The notes below the pieces were generated by a model that saw only the letters and a program-made list of their open reading frames with translations, searched no databases and was not told the origin of the DNA. Positions 1 to 7,652 of a DNA stretch of 46,835 nucleotides are shown one piece after another; the first letter of the stretch is position 1; each line of letters begins with the position of its first letter. Location: positions 1 through 46,835 of the forward strand of contig JAGWKK010000001.1 in the NCBI GenBank assembly GCA_028865335.1, in the 5' to 3' direction. The stretch comes from Patescibacteria group bacterium. GTDB lineage: Bacteria; Patescibacteriota; Minisyncoccia; UBA6257; 02-FULL-45-10c. A program made the position numbers and the translations under genes.

Positions 1-1340
1 GTAAGGACGTCAACGATATCGCCTGATTTCAATTGGTAATCAAGGGAGACGATCTTGCCGTTCACTTTCGCGCCGGTGCATGCATCGCCGATGGCGGTGT
101 GGATCTGATAGGCGAAGTCGATCGGCGTGGCGCCGACGGGCAAATCGATGACTTCGCCTTTCGGGGTGATGGCGAAGATCCGGTCCTTGAAGAAGTCGAT
201 TTTGAGCGATTCCAGGAATTCTTCCGGCGTATTGAATTCCTTCTGCCAGTTGCGCAGCTGGTTCACCCACTGCAATTCCTTTTTGTCGGCATTGATCGCC
301 TTCTTTTCTATATATTCCTTACTGCCCTTCGCCTGTTCATATGCCCAGTGGGCGGCGATACCTGTTTCCGACTCATCATGCATTTCCTGCGTGCGGATCT
401 GCACTTCCAGAATCCGGTTATCCACGCAGAACACGGTGGTGTGGATGCTGCGATATCCGTTCGGTTTCGGCAAAGCGATATAATCCTTGATCCGGTTGGG
501 GAGCGGCGGCCAGAGATTGTGGACCACGCCGAGCGCGGCATAGCAGTCGGCGATGGTCGGGACGACGATGCGGAGCGCGACGAGGTCGTAGATCTTGTCC
601 ACGTCCATGTCGTAGCGGAGAAGTTTCTTGTACAGGCTGGCGTAGCGTTTCGCGCGCGAATCAACGAGCAGAACGGGGATGCCCGCTTTGCGCAGCGCTT
701 CGATGACCATCGGTTTTATCTTTTCGGTATAGCGTTCGCGTTCCTCGTATTTCTCCTTCACGGTGCTGAGCAGCCAGCGATATTCCTGCGGATAGATGAA
801 GGGGAACGCGAGGTCTTCCAATTCGCCGCTGATTTTCTGCATCCCGAGCCGGTAGGCGATCGGGGAATAGATTTCCATGGTTTCCAGGGCGATCCGCTTC
901 TGTTTCTGCGGCGGAAGCGCGCCGAGTGTTTCCATATTATGCAGCCGGTCGGCGAGCTTCACGATGACGACGCGGATATCCTGGCTGAGCGCGAGAATCA
1001 TCTTGCGGAGATTCTCCACCTGCCGCTCCACGCCGCGGTATTTGATCTTGCCGAGCTTGGTGACGCCGTCCACGAGGAAGGCGACCTCATCTCCGAATTC
1101 GCTCCGGATTTCCTCCAGGGAATAATCCGTATCTTCCACAATGTCGTGGAGAAGTCCCGCAATGATGCTGGTCGGCCCCAGGCCCCATTCCGCGATGTAC
1201 TCGGCCGTCATCAGCGCATGATTGAAATACGGCTCGCCGGTCTTGCGCTTCTGGCCCTGGTGCAGTTTTTGGGAAAGCTCATATGCCCGGCGAATGGATT
1301 CGTCGGTCTTGATCATCTGTTCTATCTTCGGAGCGCGCAT
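1..1340 (-). CDS. rel: bifunctional (p)ppGpp synthetase/hydrolase RelA/SpoT family, N-terminal ~446 aa. The C-terminus runs off the left edge.
   Basis: My reverse-strand translation from ATG (rc of cat at 1338-1340) reads MRAPKIEQMIKTDESIRRAYELSQKLHQGQKRKTGEPYFNHAL...HDIVEDT (HD hydrolase). It continues through the synthetase motif ...YRSIHTTV... and a TGS-like region. It is absent from the ORF track because the stop lies outside the window. The listed +strand ORF 33..1379 is its antisense shadow. Confidence 0.85.
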   Translation of the reverse strand, partial: MRAPKIEQMIKTDESIRRAYELSQKLHQGQKRKTGEPYFNHALMTAEYIAEWGLGPTSIIAGLLHDIVEDTDYSLEEIRSEFGDEVAFLVDGVTKLGKIKYRGVERQVENLRKMILALSQDIRVVIVKLADRLHNMETLGALPPQKQKRIALETMEIYSPIAYRLGMQKISGELEDLAFPFIYPQEYRWLLSTVKEKYEERERYTEKIKPMVIEALRKAGIPVLLVDSRAKRYASLYKKLLRYDMDVDKIYDLVALRIVVPTIADCYAALGVVHNLWPPLPNRIKDYIALPKPNGYRSIHTTVFCVDNRILEVQIRTQEMHDESETGIAAHWAYEQAKGSKEYIEKKAINADKKELQWVNQLRNWQKEFNTPEEFLESLKIDFFKDRIFAITPKGEVIDLPVGATPIDFAYQIHTAIGDACTGAKVNGKIVSLDYQLKSGDIVDVL

Positions 1341-1375
1341 ATTTTCAGTATATCCGAAGATATGCGGCAGCGATA

Positions 1376-3439
1376 CTAGGCGGAGTCGGGTTCTGATTCC
1401 GGACTTGGGGCTTTCTCCTGAGTCGGCTCAGCCGCGGATTCGGCTTCTTTCGGCTTCTTTTCTTCGGGGGGATTGAGCGGATTGGTCCAGCTTGCGTAAT
1501 CGCAGTCCGGGTAGCGGTTGCAGCCCCAGAATATCTTTCCGCGGGCGCGGCCGCGGGTGACGCGGCGTTCGATGACGTCGCCTTTTCCGCATTTCGGACA
1601 GACGAGGCCGATCTTTTTCTGCTCACTCGGGATCTTCTTGGTGTTTTTGCAGTCGGGAAATCCCGAGCATGCCATGAACCTTCCGAATCGGGAGAATTTG
1701 ATGATCATCGGCTTTCCGCACTTTTCGCATACCACGCCGGTCGGCTCCGGTTCCGGCTGCTGGGTCTTTTCCACGACTTTGTATTTCTCTTCCAGGTTTT
1801 TTTCGAACGGCCCGTAGAAATTCCGGATGATGTCGTGCCAGTCCTTGCTCCCTTCCGCGATTTCATCGAGTTCGTTTTCCATGGTCGCGGTGAAATTGAT
1901 GTCCACGATCTGCGGGAAGTGCTCTTTCAGGACGTTGGTCACGATGATGCCGATGTCGGTCGGCACGAAGCGGCCGCCTTCCTTGATGACGTAATTGCGG
2001 CTCTGGATGACCGACAGCGTCGGCGCATAGGTGGATGGCCGGCCGATGCCGTGTTCTTCGAGCGCCTTGATCAAGCTGGCTTCGTTGAAACGTGGCGGCG
2101 GTTCGGTGAAATGCTGCTCCGGAGCGAATGCCTGCAGGGAGAGTTTTTCGTCCGCGGCCACTTCCGGCAGTTCGGTTTCCACGAACTTCTGCTTCCATAC
2201 CTTGAGGAAGCCGTCGAATTTGAGCATAGTTCCGTTCGCGCGGAAAAGATAGTCGTGTCCGCCGCCGGAGGCGCTGATGTCGATCTGCGAGGAATGGAAT
2301 TCCGCCTGCGGCATCTGGGTTGCGGTGAATCGCGACCAGATCATGTTGTACAGTTTTTTCTCGCCCGGATCCTCCGCGGTGATAGAGTCGGGTTCGTTGG
2401 CGATATCGGTCGGTCGGATGGCTTCGTGCGCTTCCTGTGCGAGACGCGATTTGGTCGTAAAGGTGCGCGGGGTCGGAAGTGCGTATTCCTCACCGAGGTT
2501 CTTGGTCAGCCAGGTCTGCGCCGCGGCAAGCGATTCCTTGGAAAGATTGACCGAATCGGTACGCATGTAGGTGATCAAGCCGCGTTCATACAGGCGCTGG
2601 GCGAGCAGCATGGTCTTCTTCGCGGAAAAGCCGAGACGCTTGGATGAGGTCTGCTGGAGGGTGCTGGTCGTGAACGGCGGAAGCGGATTTCGCTTCAGCT
2701 CCTTTTTCTCGACGTTCGCCACGGTGAAATCCGCATGGGCGAGCGCGTCGGTGACTGCGCCGATATCCTTGTTCGCGCGGAAGGTGAACCGCTCGACGGA
2801 TTCGTTGTCGATCTTGCTGAGATTCGCCTGCAGCGGTTTTTGCGCCGGCGTAAGGAGGTTCGCTCCCAGCGTCCAGTATTCTTCAGGGACGAATTTCTTG
2901 ATCTCCTCTTCGCGTTCGACGACGAAACGGACGGCGACGGACTGCACGCGTCCGGCGGAAAGTCCGCGGGCGATCTTCTTCCAGAGGAACGGCGAGAGTT
3001 TGTAGCCGACCAACCGGTCGAGGACGCGGCGTCCCTGCTGGGCGTTTACGAGCGCGAGATTGATTGTGCGCGGATGTTCCAGCGCGGCTTTGATCGCCGA
3101 CTTGGTGATTTCATGGAAGACGATGCGTTCGGTTTTTGTCTCATCGATGCCGAGCGCATGCGCAAGATGCCAGGCGATCGCTTCTCCTTCGCGGTCCTCA
3201 TCAGTCGCCAGAATGACCTTGTCGGCCTTCTGGGCTAGTTTCTTCAGTTTGGTGACGTTCTTTTTCGCCTTGGTCGGGATGATGTATTGCGGTTCGAAAT
3301 TATGATCCACGTCGATGCCGAGTTTGCTCTTCGGAAGGTCGCGAATATGGCCGTACGATGATTCGATCGTATAGCCTTTTTTGACGAACTTCGATATGGT
3401 TTTTGCTTTTGTCGGTGATTCGACGATGACGAGTTCCAT
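1376..3439 (-). CDS. topA: DNA topoisomerase I
   Basis: 687 aa. N-terminal Toprim MELVIVESPTKAKTISKF, topo IA core, and C-terminal Cys4 zinc-ribbon repeats (CEKCGKPM...CSGFPDC, CPKCGKG...CNRYPDC). Confidence 0.95.
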   Translation of the reverse strand: MELVIVESPTKAKTISKFVKKGYTIESSYGHIRDLPKSKLGIDVDHNFEPQYIIPTKAKKNVTKLKKLAQKADKVILATDEDREGEAIAWHLAHALGIDETKTERIVFHEITKSAIKAALEHPRTINLALVNAQQGRRVLDRLVGYKLSPFLWKKIARGLSAGRVQSVAVRFVVEREEEIKKFVPEEYWTLGANLLTPAQKPLQANLSKIDNESVERFTFRANKDIGAVTDALAHADFTVANVEKKELKRNPLPPFTTSTLQQTSSKRLGFSAKKTMLLAQRLYERGLITYMRTDSVNLSKESLAAAQTWLTKNLGEEYALPTPRTFTTKSRLAQEAHEAIRPTDIANEPDSITAEDPGEKKLYNMIWSRFTATQMPQAEFHSSQIDISASGGGHDYLFRANGTMLKFDGFLKVWKQKFVETELPEVAADEKLSLQAFAPEQHFTEPPPRFNEASLIKALEEHGIGRPSTYAPTLSVIQSRNYVIKEGGRFVPTDIGIIVTNVLKEHFPQIVDINFTATMENELDEIAEGSKDWHDIIRNFYGPFEKNLEEKYKVVEKTQQPEPEPTGVVCEKCGKPMIIKFSRFGRFMACSGFPDCKNTKKIPSEQKKIGLVCPKCGKGDVIERRVTRGRARGKIFWGCNRYPDCDYASWTNPLNPPEEKKPKEAESAAEPTQEKAPSPESEPDSA

Positions 3440-3452
3440 AGGTCTGATATTA

Positions 3453-4466
3453 TTATGCGATGCAATACTGCTGGCCCAATTCTTTTATTATACCTTTAAT
3501 GCTCAGCAAGGCGAGCGCCTGGTTGACTTCCGTGATGTCCTTGCCGGTTTTTTCAGCGATGGCATCGGCGGTGGCGGATCCTCCGGCATCGCGGATGGCG
3601 ATGACGATGTCGCGCTCGTCTCCCGTGACCAGATCTTCCGGAGATGCGCCCTGATGTTCCGTCAGGCCGTAGTGTTCCAGGATGTCTTCCGGTTCGGTGA
3701 CCAGCATCGCGCCGCTTTTGATGAGCGCATGGGATCCTTTGTAATTCGTGAGCTGGGTACTTCCCGGGATGACGAAGATGTCGCGGTTCTGTTCCAGGGC
3801 GAAGCGCGCGGTGGCGAGAGAGCCGGACCGCTCGGGCGCTTCGATGATCAGCGCTCCGGTCGAGAGTCCGCTGATGATGCGGTTGCGGACCAGGAAGTTG
3901 GACGGATTGTATCCGTGGCCGAATGCGAATTCGGAAACAATCGCTCCGCCGCTCTTAAGGATTTCGTCCGCAAGCCGGACATGGGCGCGGGGATAGATAT
4001 AGTCGAGCGGCGTGCCGAGGATGGCGATGGTCTTGCCGCCGACATCCAGTGCACCGCGGTGCGCTTCGGCATCGACACCGAGCGCGAGTCCGCTGATGAT
4101 CGGCACGCCGGCTCCGGCGAGCGCCGTTGCGAATGATTTCGCGAGTGTTTTGCCATGCGGAGTCGCCGCGCGGGTTCCTACGACCGCGATGGCGGGCTGA
4201 GCATAGGCGATATCGCCAAGGACATAGAGGCCGTGGGGCGGAAAGGGGATTTCCCGCAGAAGCGCGGGATATTCCGGATCATCTTTCAGGATGAGCCGGA
4301 CGCCCAGCTTGGCGACAGGCGCGAATGACTGCTCTGGATCGGGCGCATCCTTGGTGGCCGCCCACGATTCCTTCCAGGATCTGTGTTTTTCAAAAAGCTT
4401 CGCGAGCTTGCCGTGGTTTCCCTTCAGCCCGATCGCGAGCGCATTATAATAGAAAGCTTCATGCAT
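3453..4466 (-). CDS. dprA: DNA-processing protein DprA (natural transformation)
   Basis: 337 aa. Rossmann-like DprA core with GLALGVDAEAHRGAL and IVSEFAFG motifs, plus a C-terminal winged-helix-like tail. Confidence 0.9.
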   Translation of the reverse strand: MHEAFYYNALAIGLKGNHGKLAKLFEKHRSWKESWAATKDAPDPEQSFAPVAKLGVRLILKDDPEYPALLREIPFPPHGLYVLGDIAYAQPAIAVVGTRAATPHGKTLAKSFATALAGAGVPIISGLALGVDAEAHRGALDVGGKTIAILGTPLDYIYPRAHVRLADEILKSGGAIVSEFAFGHGYNPSNFLVRNRIISGLSTGALIIEAPERSGSLATARFALEQNRDIFVIPGSTQLTNYKGSHALIKSGAMLVTEPEDILEHYGLTEHQGASPEDLVTGDERDIVIAIRDAGGSATADAIAEKTGKDITEVNQALALLSIKGIIKELGQQYCIA

Positions 4467-4577
4467 ACATGTGCCTGGCTACTGATAATGGATATTATAG
4501 TAGTCGGTTTGCGTCCGGAAGGCAAGCTGCGCGGGTTGCGGAGCGGAAAATCTGATACAATAAAGGAAAGGACTTCT

Positions 4578-5102
4578 ATGCAGGACGCAGATTTCAAAGA
4601 GTGGCTGATGTGGCATGCCGGCGGTGGCGCGGTTCTTTTGATTGTATTGGGTGTCATCATTCTTTGGGTCGGATCGGACATCGCGTCACGGGTGACCCAG
4701 ATCCAGGCCCAGCGCCAGCAGCTTGAAAATCGACTTGCCGCGCTCGATTCCCTGGTGGCGCTCCGTTCGGGCGAGGAACAGGCCGCGGCGATGCTTCCGC
4801 AGCTGCAGGCGGCGCTTCCGTCCAAGGATCAGCTGATCAATTTTTCCCAGTTCCTTCAATCTCTCGCTGCCGCCGATAAACTGACGCTCGGTTTTTCGTT
4901 CGGCGCGGAAACGGCATCAACGGCGCAAATGCCGGGATCGGCCAGCTTCACGGCGACCCTTTCCGGGTCGTACGCGAACTTTCTGAAATTTCTGAGCGCC
5001 GCGGAAACCGGTCCGTATTATATCGACACGCATTCGATTGATGTGACGAGCGAAAACGGAAAGACGGGCATCATCGTGCACGGGAGCGTGTACTCCCAAT
5101 AA
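4578..5102 (+). CDS. PilO-like single-pass membrane protein (paralog-like to 15706..16275)
   Basis: Trimmed from ORF 4383..5102, which would overlap the dprA start. ATG 4578 follows aaaggaaagg. The layout is TM helix, then coiled coil (QAQRQQLENRLAALD), then a C-terminal alpha/beta region, as in the pilO-like gene of the pilus operon. Confidence 0.4.
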   Translation: MQDADFKEWLMWHAGGGAVLLIVLGVIILWVGSDIASRVTQIQAQRQQLENRLAALDSLVALRSGEEQAAAMLPQLQAALPSKDQLINFSQFLQSLAAADKLTLGFSFGAETASTAQMPGSASFTATLSGSYANFLKFLSAAETGPYYIDTHSIDVTSENGKTGIIVHGSVYSQ

Positions 5103-5106
5103 TCAT

Positions 5107-5310
5107 ATGGAACTGAATTTCAAGAACAAACGAGAATTGACTTTTCTCAGCATTGGTATTTTAATGGTAATCATGGTTTCTTTGTCGGCTGCCGGAATGA
5201 TCTATTTCCTGCTTGCCAACGTCAACGGCGCGCTGACGAAACAGGCCGCGGCACCGCAGGGAACCGTGAGATTCGAACTCAATGCGGCTACGGCATTGAT
5301 TAAGAAATAG
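5107..5310 (+). CDS. small single-TM hypothetical protein (67 aa)
   Basis: ORF begins 4 nt after the previous stop. It has a hydrophobic helix LTFLSIGILMVIMVSLSAAGMIYFLL. No recognisable family. Confidence 0.4.
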   Translation: MELNFKNKRELTFLSIGILMVIMVSLSAAGMIYFLLANVNGALTKQAAAPQGTVRFELNAATALIKK

Positions 5311-5317
5311 AAATGAA

Positions 5318-5437
5318 GGGTGACTAGTTCCCGCCTGTGGCGAGGCTCGCCCATAGGGCGGCAGTGGTAGAACGCTGTCCTGATAAGACAGACCTGCCTG
5401 CCGGCAGGCAGGGGTCATAGGTTCGATCCTATTCCAT
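5318..5437 (+). pseudogene. decayed copy of tRNA-Ile(GAT) carrying two insertions
   Basis: gggtgactagtt...cagtggtagaacgctgtcctgataagacaga matches the intact tRNA at 5502, apart from a 32-nt hairpin insert (5330-5362) in the D stem and the 20-nt palindrome (5393-5412) after the anticodon stem. The T arm (ataggttcgatcctat) has a 1-nt shorter loop. The 3' acceptor strand is missing (ccatttt does not pair with gggtgac). Confidence 0.65.
5393..5412. repeat. 20-nt perfect palindrome CCTGCCTGCCGGCAGGCAGG, copy 1
   Basis: Exact self-complementary 20-mer. The corresponding position in intact tRNA-Ile (between 5544 and 5545) lacks it. Confidence 0.9.
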
Positions 5438-5501
5438 TTTTACGACAACGCGTCTAGAGTTAATATCAGGGTAGGGGTCGAGGTTCGATTCCTTTTAAAT
5501 C

Positions 5502-5573
5502 GGGTGACTAGTTCAGTGGTAGAACGCTGTCCTGATAAGACAGAGGTCGCAGGTTCGATTCCTGCGTCACCCA
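5502..5573 (+). tRNA. tRNA-Ile (anticodon GAT)
   Basis: Manual cloverleaf: acceptor gggtgac/gtcaccc, D stem gttc/gaac, anticodon stem ctgtc/gacag with loop ctGATaa, T arm gcagg-ttcgatt-cctgc, discriminator A. CCA is not encoded. Confidence 0.9.
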
Positions 5574-5580
5574 CAAATAT

Positions 5581-5607
5581 AAAAAACCGGACTTGTTCCG
5601 GTTTTTT
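5581..5607. terminator. rho-independent terminator, bidirectional shape
   Basis: aaaaaaccgga-cttgt-tccggtttttt: a 5-bp GC stem flanked by an A6 run and a T6 run. Confidence 0.7.
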
Positions 5608-5610
5608 ATA

Positions 5611-5761
5611 TTTTGCGCAGGAATCGAACCAGCCGCACCCCATATCAGGAAGGAATGGGAAACCGCAGGTGTCCCAGAAGGGGGTCGGGGTGCGGCGTGG
5701 TTCGAGTGAGCGAGCGGGCTATCCAGCCGCGAGTGAAACTTTCATTCCTGCGTCACCCACA
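5611..5761 (+). repeat. structured module bounded by inverted and direct copies of the tRNA-Ile 3' end
   Basis: 5615-5630 gcgcaggaatcgaacc is the reverse complement of the tRNA T arm (15/16 match). 5744-5761 attcctgcgtcacccaca repeats tRNA positions 5558-5575 exactly (18 nt). Inside, cgaaccagccgcacccc pairs with ggggtgcggcgtggttcg. A gggaaacc...gtccc hairpin is homologous to the module at 33436-33572. Confidence 0.7.
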
Positions 5762-5772
5762 GAAATGACGAT

Positions 5773-5801
5773 TTGACTTATAGCATATAATATGCTATAT
5801 T
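5773..5801 (+). promoter_or_regulatory. sigma70-type promoter of the orphan gene 5871..6359
   Basis: TTGACT (5773-5778), 17-nt spacer, TATATT (5796-5801). Confidence 0.6.
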
Positions 5802-5870
5802 CTACTCAGCAGTACATCACGGGCAACCGTGAAATCCTGGATGCCGAAAGGCACATGAAGGGAGGAAGTC

Positions 5871-6359
5871 ATGACGAACGAGAACGAGAAGGTCGTCAAC
5901 GGGCACCGCGTCAAGACGGGCGAGCCCGGCGAGAACGGGACGAAGTCCAACGAGCGGCACATCCTCAGGCAGATCCACGAGAAGCGCAAGCAGGACAAGC
6001 TGCAGCTCGTGAAGGTCAACGAGGCCGCGCGGGCGCTCCGGTCGCCGGCGGACCAGATGGCCGTCTTGGACGACCGGCTCGGCGAGGGCATGGGCGCGAA
6101 CAAGGAGCGGCTGCGTCTCGAGATCGCGAGGGCGGAGCTGAGCCTGAAGGGGCTCGACGGCCGCAAGGGTTCGATGGACCCTTCGTACCTCAAGAGGGAG
6201 ACCGCGTACCTCCAGGACTTCATCCGGCGCCGCAAGGCGGAGCTCGAGAAGGTCAAGCTGGAGAACCGCGGCTACCGCGAGATGCGGAAGTTCGGCCTCC
6301 GTCCGCGCGAGCACGCGTACGAGGAGATGCCGGCGACGGCCCTCGCCCAGGTCGCCTAA
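5871..6359 (+). CDS. hypothetical protein (162 aa, K/E/R-rich), orphan cassette C1
   Basis: Strong SD gaagggaggaagtc before the ATG. It has its own promoter and terminator. The segment is GC-rich, so three other long ORFs overlap it on both strands. This frame was chosen because of the SD and a plausible composition. Confidence 0.55.
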   Translation: MTNENEKVVNGHRVKTGEPGENGTKSNERHILRQIHEKRKQDKLQLVKVNEAARALRSPADQMAVLDDRLGEGMGANKERLRLEIARAELSLKGLDGRKGSMDPSYLKRETAYLQDFIRRRKAELEKVKLENRGYREMRKFGLRPREHAYEEMPATALAQVA

Positions 6360-6375
6360 GCAGTAAGGTTTTCCG

Positions 6376-6410
6376 GCCGGTTTTTCCTTAAAAACCGGCT
6401 TTTGTTTTTT
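6376..6410 (+). terminator. rho-independent terminator
   Basis: gccggttttt-cctt-aaaaaccggc (10-bp stem) followed by ttttgtttttt. Confidence 0.75.
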
Positions 6411-6464
6411 CATGTTGCCGAAAATATCCTTTTTTGATAAGCTGGATACAGGTTTTTCAAGCAT

Positions 6465-6565
6465 GCGCGTTTAGCCCCTGCCTTCGGTAGACAGGCCTGC
6501 CTGCCGGCAGGCAGGTCAGTAGGTAGAGCGGTCGCCGACGGCGACAGGTCGGAGAAAGGTTCTTT
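6465..6565 (+). pseudogene. decayed copy of tRNA-Val(GAC) with 40 nt of palindromic units in the D arm
   Basis: gcgcgtttagc + [6476-6515 insert] + tcagtaggtagagcg parallels gcgcccttagctcagtggtagagcg of the intact tRNA at 6584. An anticodon-like gtcg-ccGACgg-cgac follows. The T arm is degenerate and there is no 3' acceptor strand. Confidence 0.55.
6476..6515. repeat. tandem pair of palindromic units: degenerate unit (6476-6495) then perfect unit (6496-6515), copy 2
   Basis: 6496-6515 is exactly cctgcctgccggcaggcagg. 6476-6495 ccctgccttcggtagacagg resembles the variant at 11431. Confidence 0.85.
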
Positions 6566-6583
6566 TTATAGATAATAATGTTT

Positions 6584-6658
6584 GCGCCCTTAGCTCAGTG
6601 GTAGAGCGTTTCATTGACATTGAAAAGGTCGGAAGTTCGATCCTTCCAGGGCGCACCA
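6584..6658 (+). tRNA. tRNA-Val (anticodon GAC), CCA encoded
   Basis: Acceptor gcgccct/agggcgc, D stem gctc/gagc, anticodon stem tttca/tgaaa with loop ttGACat, T arm ggaag-ttcgatc-cttcc, then ACCA. Confidence 0.9.
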
Positions 6659-6685
6659 ATAACAAATAAAAATATAAAAGAATAT

Positions 6686-6714
6686 TTGACTTTCGTCTGA
6701 TATTTTCTTAAGCT
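6686..6714 (+). promoter_or_regulatory. sigma70-type promoter of orphan gene 6749..7009
   Basis: TTGACT (6686-6691), 17-nt spacer, TAAGCT (6709-6714). Confidence 0.45.
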
Positions 6715-6748
6715 AGCCCCAGGACATCGTTTCCAAAAAGGAGGGTGT

Positions 6749-7009
6749 ATGGCGGATATGCCGGATGATACCTGGCGAGATGGCTATGTGCACTATGCAG
6801 TTGAGTGTTATCAGTCTTCTCCGGACGCAGGCATGGCATGCGGGATCCGACTCTCAACATGGGCGACTCCTGAGCGAATGGCTTCCTGGCCAAAGCAAAA
6901 GACCAGCCCCAATTCAGAAACCGACCTCGGCTATACCTGGGCCAAGAAGAGAGTGACGTGTCCGAAGTGCCGTTCTGAGATCGAAAAGAACAAGTACCGC
7001 GGTCCCTAA
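6749..7009 (+). CDS. hypothetical protein (86 aa) with C-terminal CPKC motif, orphan cassette C2
   Basis: SD aaaggaggg 5 nt before the ATG. It has its own promoter, and its terminator overlaps the stop codon. Confidence 0.5.
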   Translation: MADMPDDTWRDGYVHYAVECYQSSPDAGMACGIRLSTWATPERMASWPKQKTSPNSETDLGYTWAKKRVTCPKCRSEIEKNKYRGP

Positions 7010-7024
7010 AGGGGCCGCTTTTTG
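6999..7024 (+). terminator. rho-independent terminator
   Basis: gcggtccc-taaa-ggggccgc followed by ttttt. Confidence 0.65.
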
Positions 7025-7064
7025 TTTGTTGCTATTAGTTTGAAAATGAAGCAAAATATATTTA

Positions 7065-7652
7065 ATGATGGACTCCCAACACGAAATGAAGGACGAAGAG
7101 GTTCTGCGGAAGGCGATGGAAGATCCGTCGTATTTTTCGCTGCTCGTCGACCGGTATGAGGACGCTTTTCTGCGGAAGGCGATGGGCGTCGTGCATAACC
7201 GGGAAGAATCCGAAGACATCGTCCAGGAGACGTTCACAAAGATCTACCGCTACGCGGGGAATTTCAAGAAACAGAAAGGGATAGAATTCAAAAGCTGGGC
7301 GTACAAGATCCTGATGAACACGTCGTTCACGCATTATCAGAAGCTGAAAAAGAGCAATGCGAATACGGAATATCTGGATCCGGTGCTGTATGAGGACAAA
7401 CCGGAGGAGGGAGGGCAGGATTTCGCGGTCATGCACGACGCGCGGCAGGCGGTGAACGAAGTGATCACGCAGATGCCGGAATATTTCGCCCGGGTGCTGA
7501 AGTTATATTATCTGGAAGACAAGTCCTATGCGGATATCTGCAAGACCGAGAAGATATCGCTGCCGACCCTGAAGATGCGCTTGTTCCGTGCCAAGCGGCT
7601 GTTCGAAAAATTAAGCGCGGAAACCGAAAATCAACATGGAAACACCCACTAA
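7065..7652 (+). CDS. RNA polymerase sigma factor, ECF (sigma-24) family
   Basis: 195 aa. Region 2 motif EDIVQETFTKIYRY...SWAYKILMN. Region 4 LYYLEDKSYADICKTEKISLPTLKMRLFRAKRLF. Confidence 0.85.
   Translation: MMDSQHEMKDEEVLRKAMEDPSYFSLLVDRYEDAFLRKAMGVVHNREESEDIVQETFTKIYRYAGNFKKQKGIEFKSWAYKILMNTSFTHYQKLKKSNANTEYLDPVLYEDKPEEGGQDFAVMHDARQAVNEVITQMPEYFARVLKLYYLEDKSYADICKTEKISLPTLKMRLFRAKRLFEKLSAETENQHGNTH

Noticed and set aside
33-1379. 448-aa plus-strand ORF covering the left end of the window
   Set aside because: It is the antisense shadow of the rel (RelA/SpoT) gene. The minus-strand translation gives clear HD, synthetase and TGS motifs. The plus-strand product is R/D/H/F-rich and has no recognisable domain.
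5393-5412. The 20-nt palindromes as rho-independent terminators or as a CRISPR-like array
   Set aside because: None is followed by a T tract, and several lie inside tRNA-derived sequence. The copies are dispersed over 28 kb without regular spacing, and there are no cas genes.
5440-5776. ORFs 5440..5643 (-) and 5504..5776 (+) across the tRNA-Ile locus
   Set aside because: They read through an intact tRNA gene, its terminator and the repeat module. There is no SD or coding-like composition.
5792-6464. Three additional overlapping ORFs (5792..6391 +, 5795..6256 -, 5817..6464 -) around the 5871..6359 gene
   Set aside because: The GC-rich segment keeps several frames open. Only 5871..6359 has a promoter, a strong SD at the right distance and a terminator. 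The others have extreme R/A/P/G composition.
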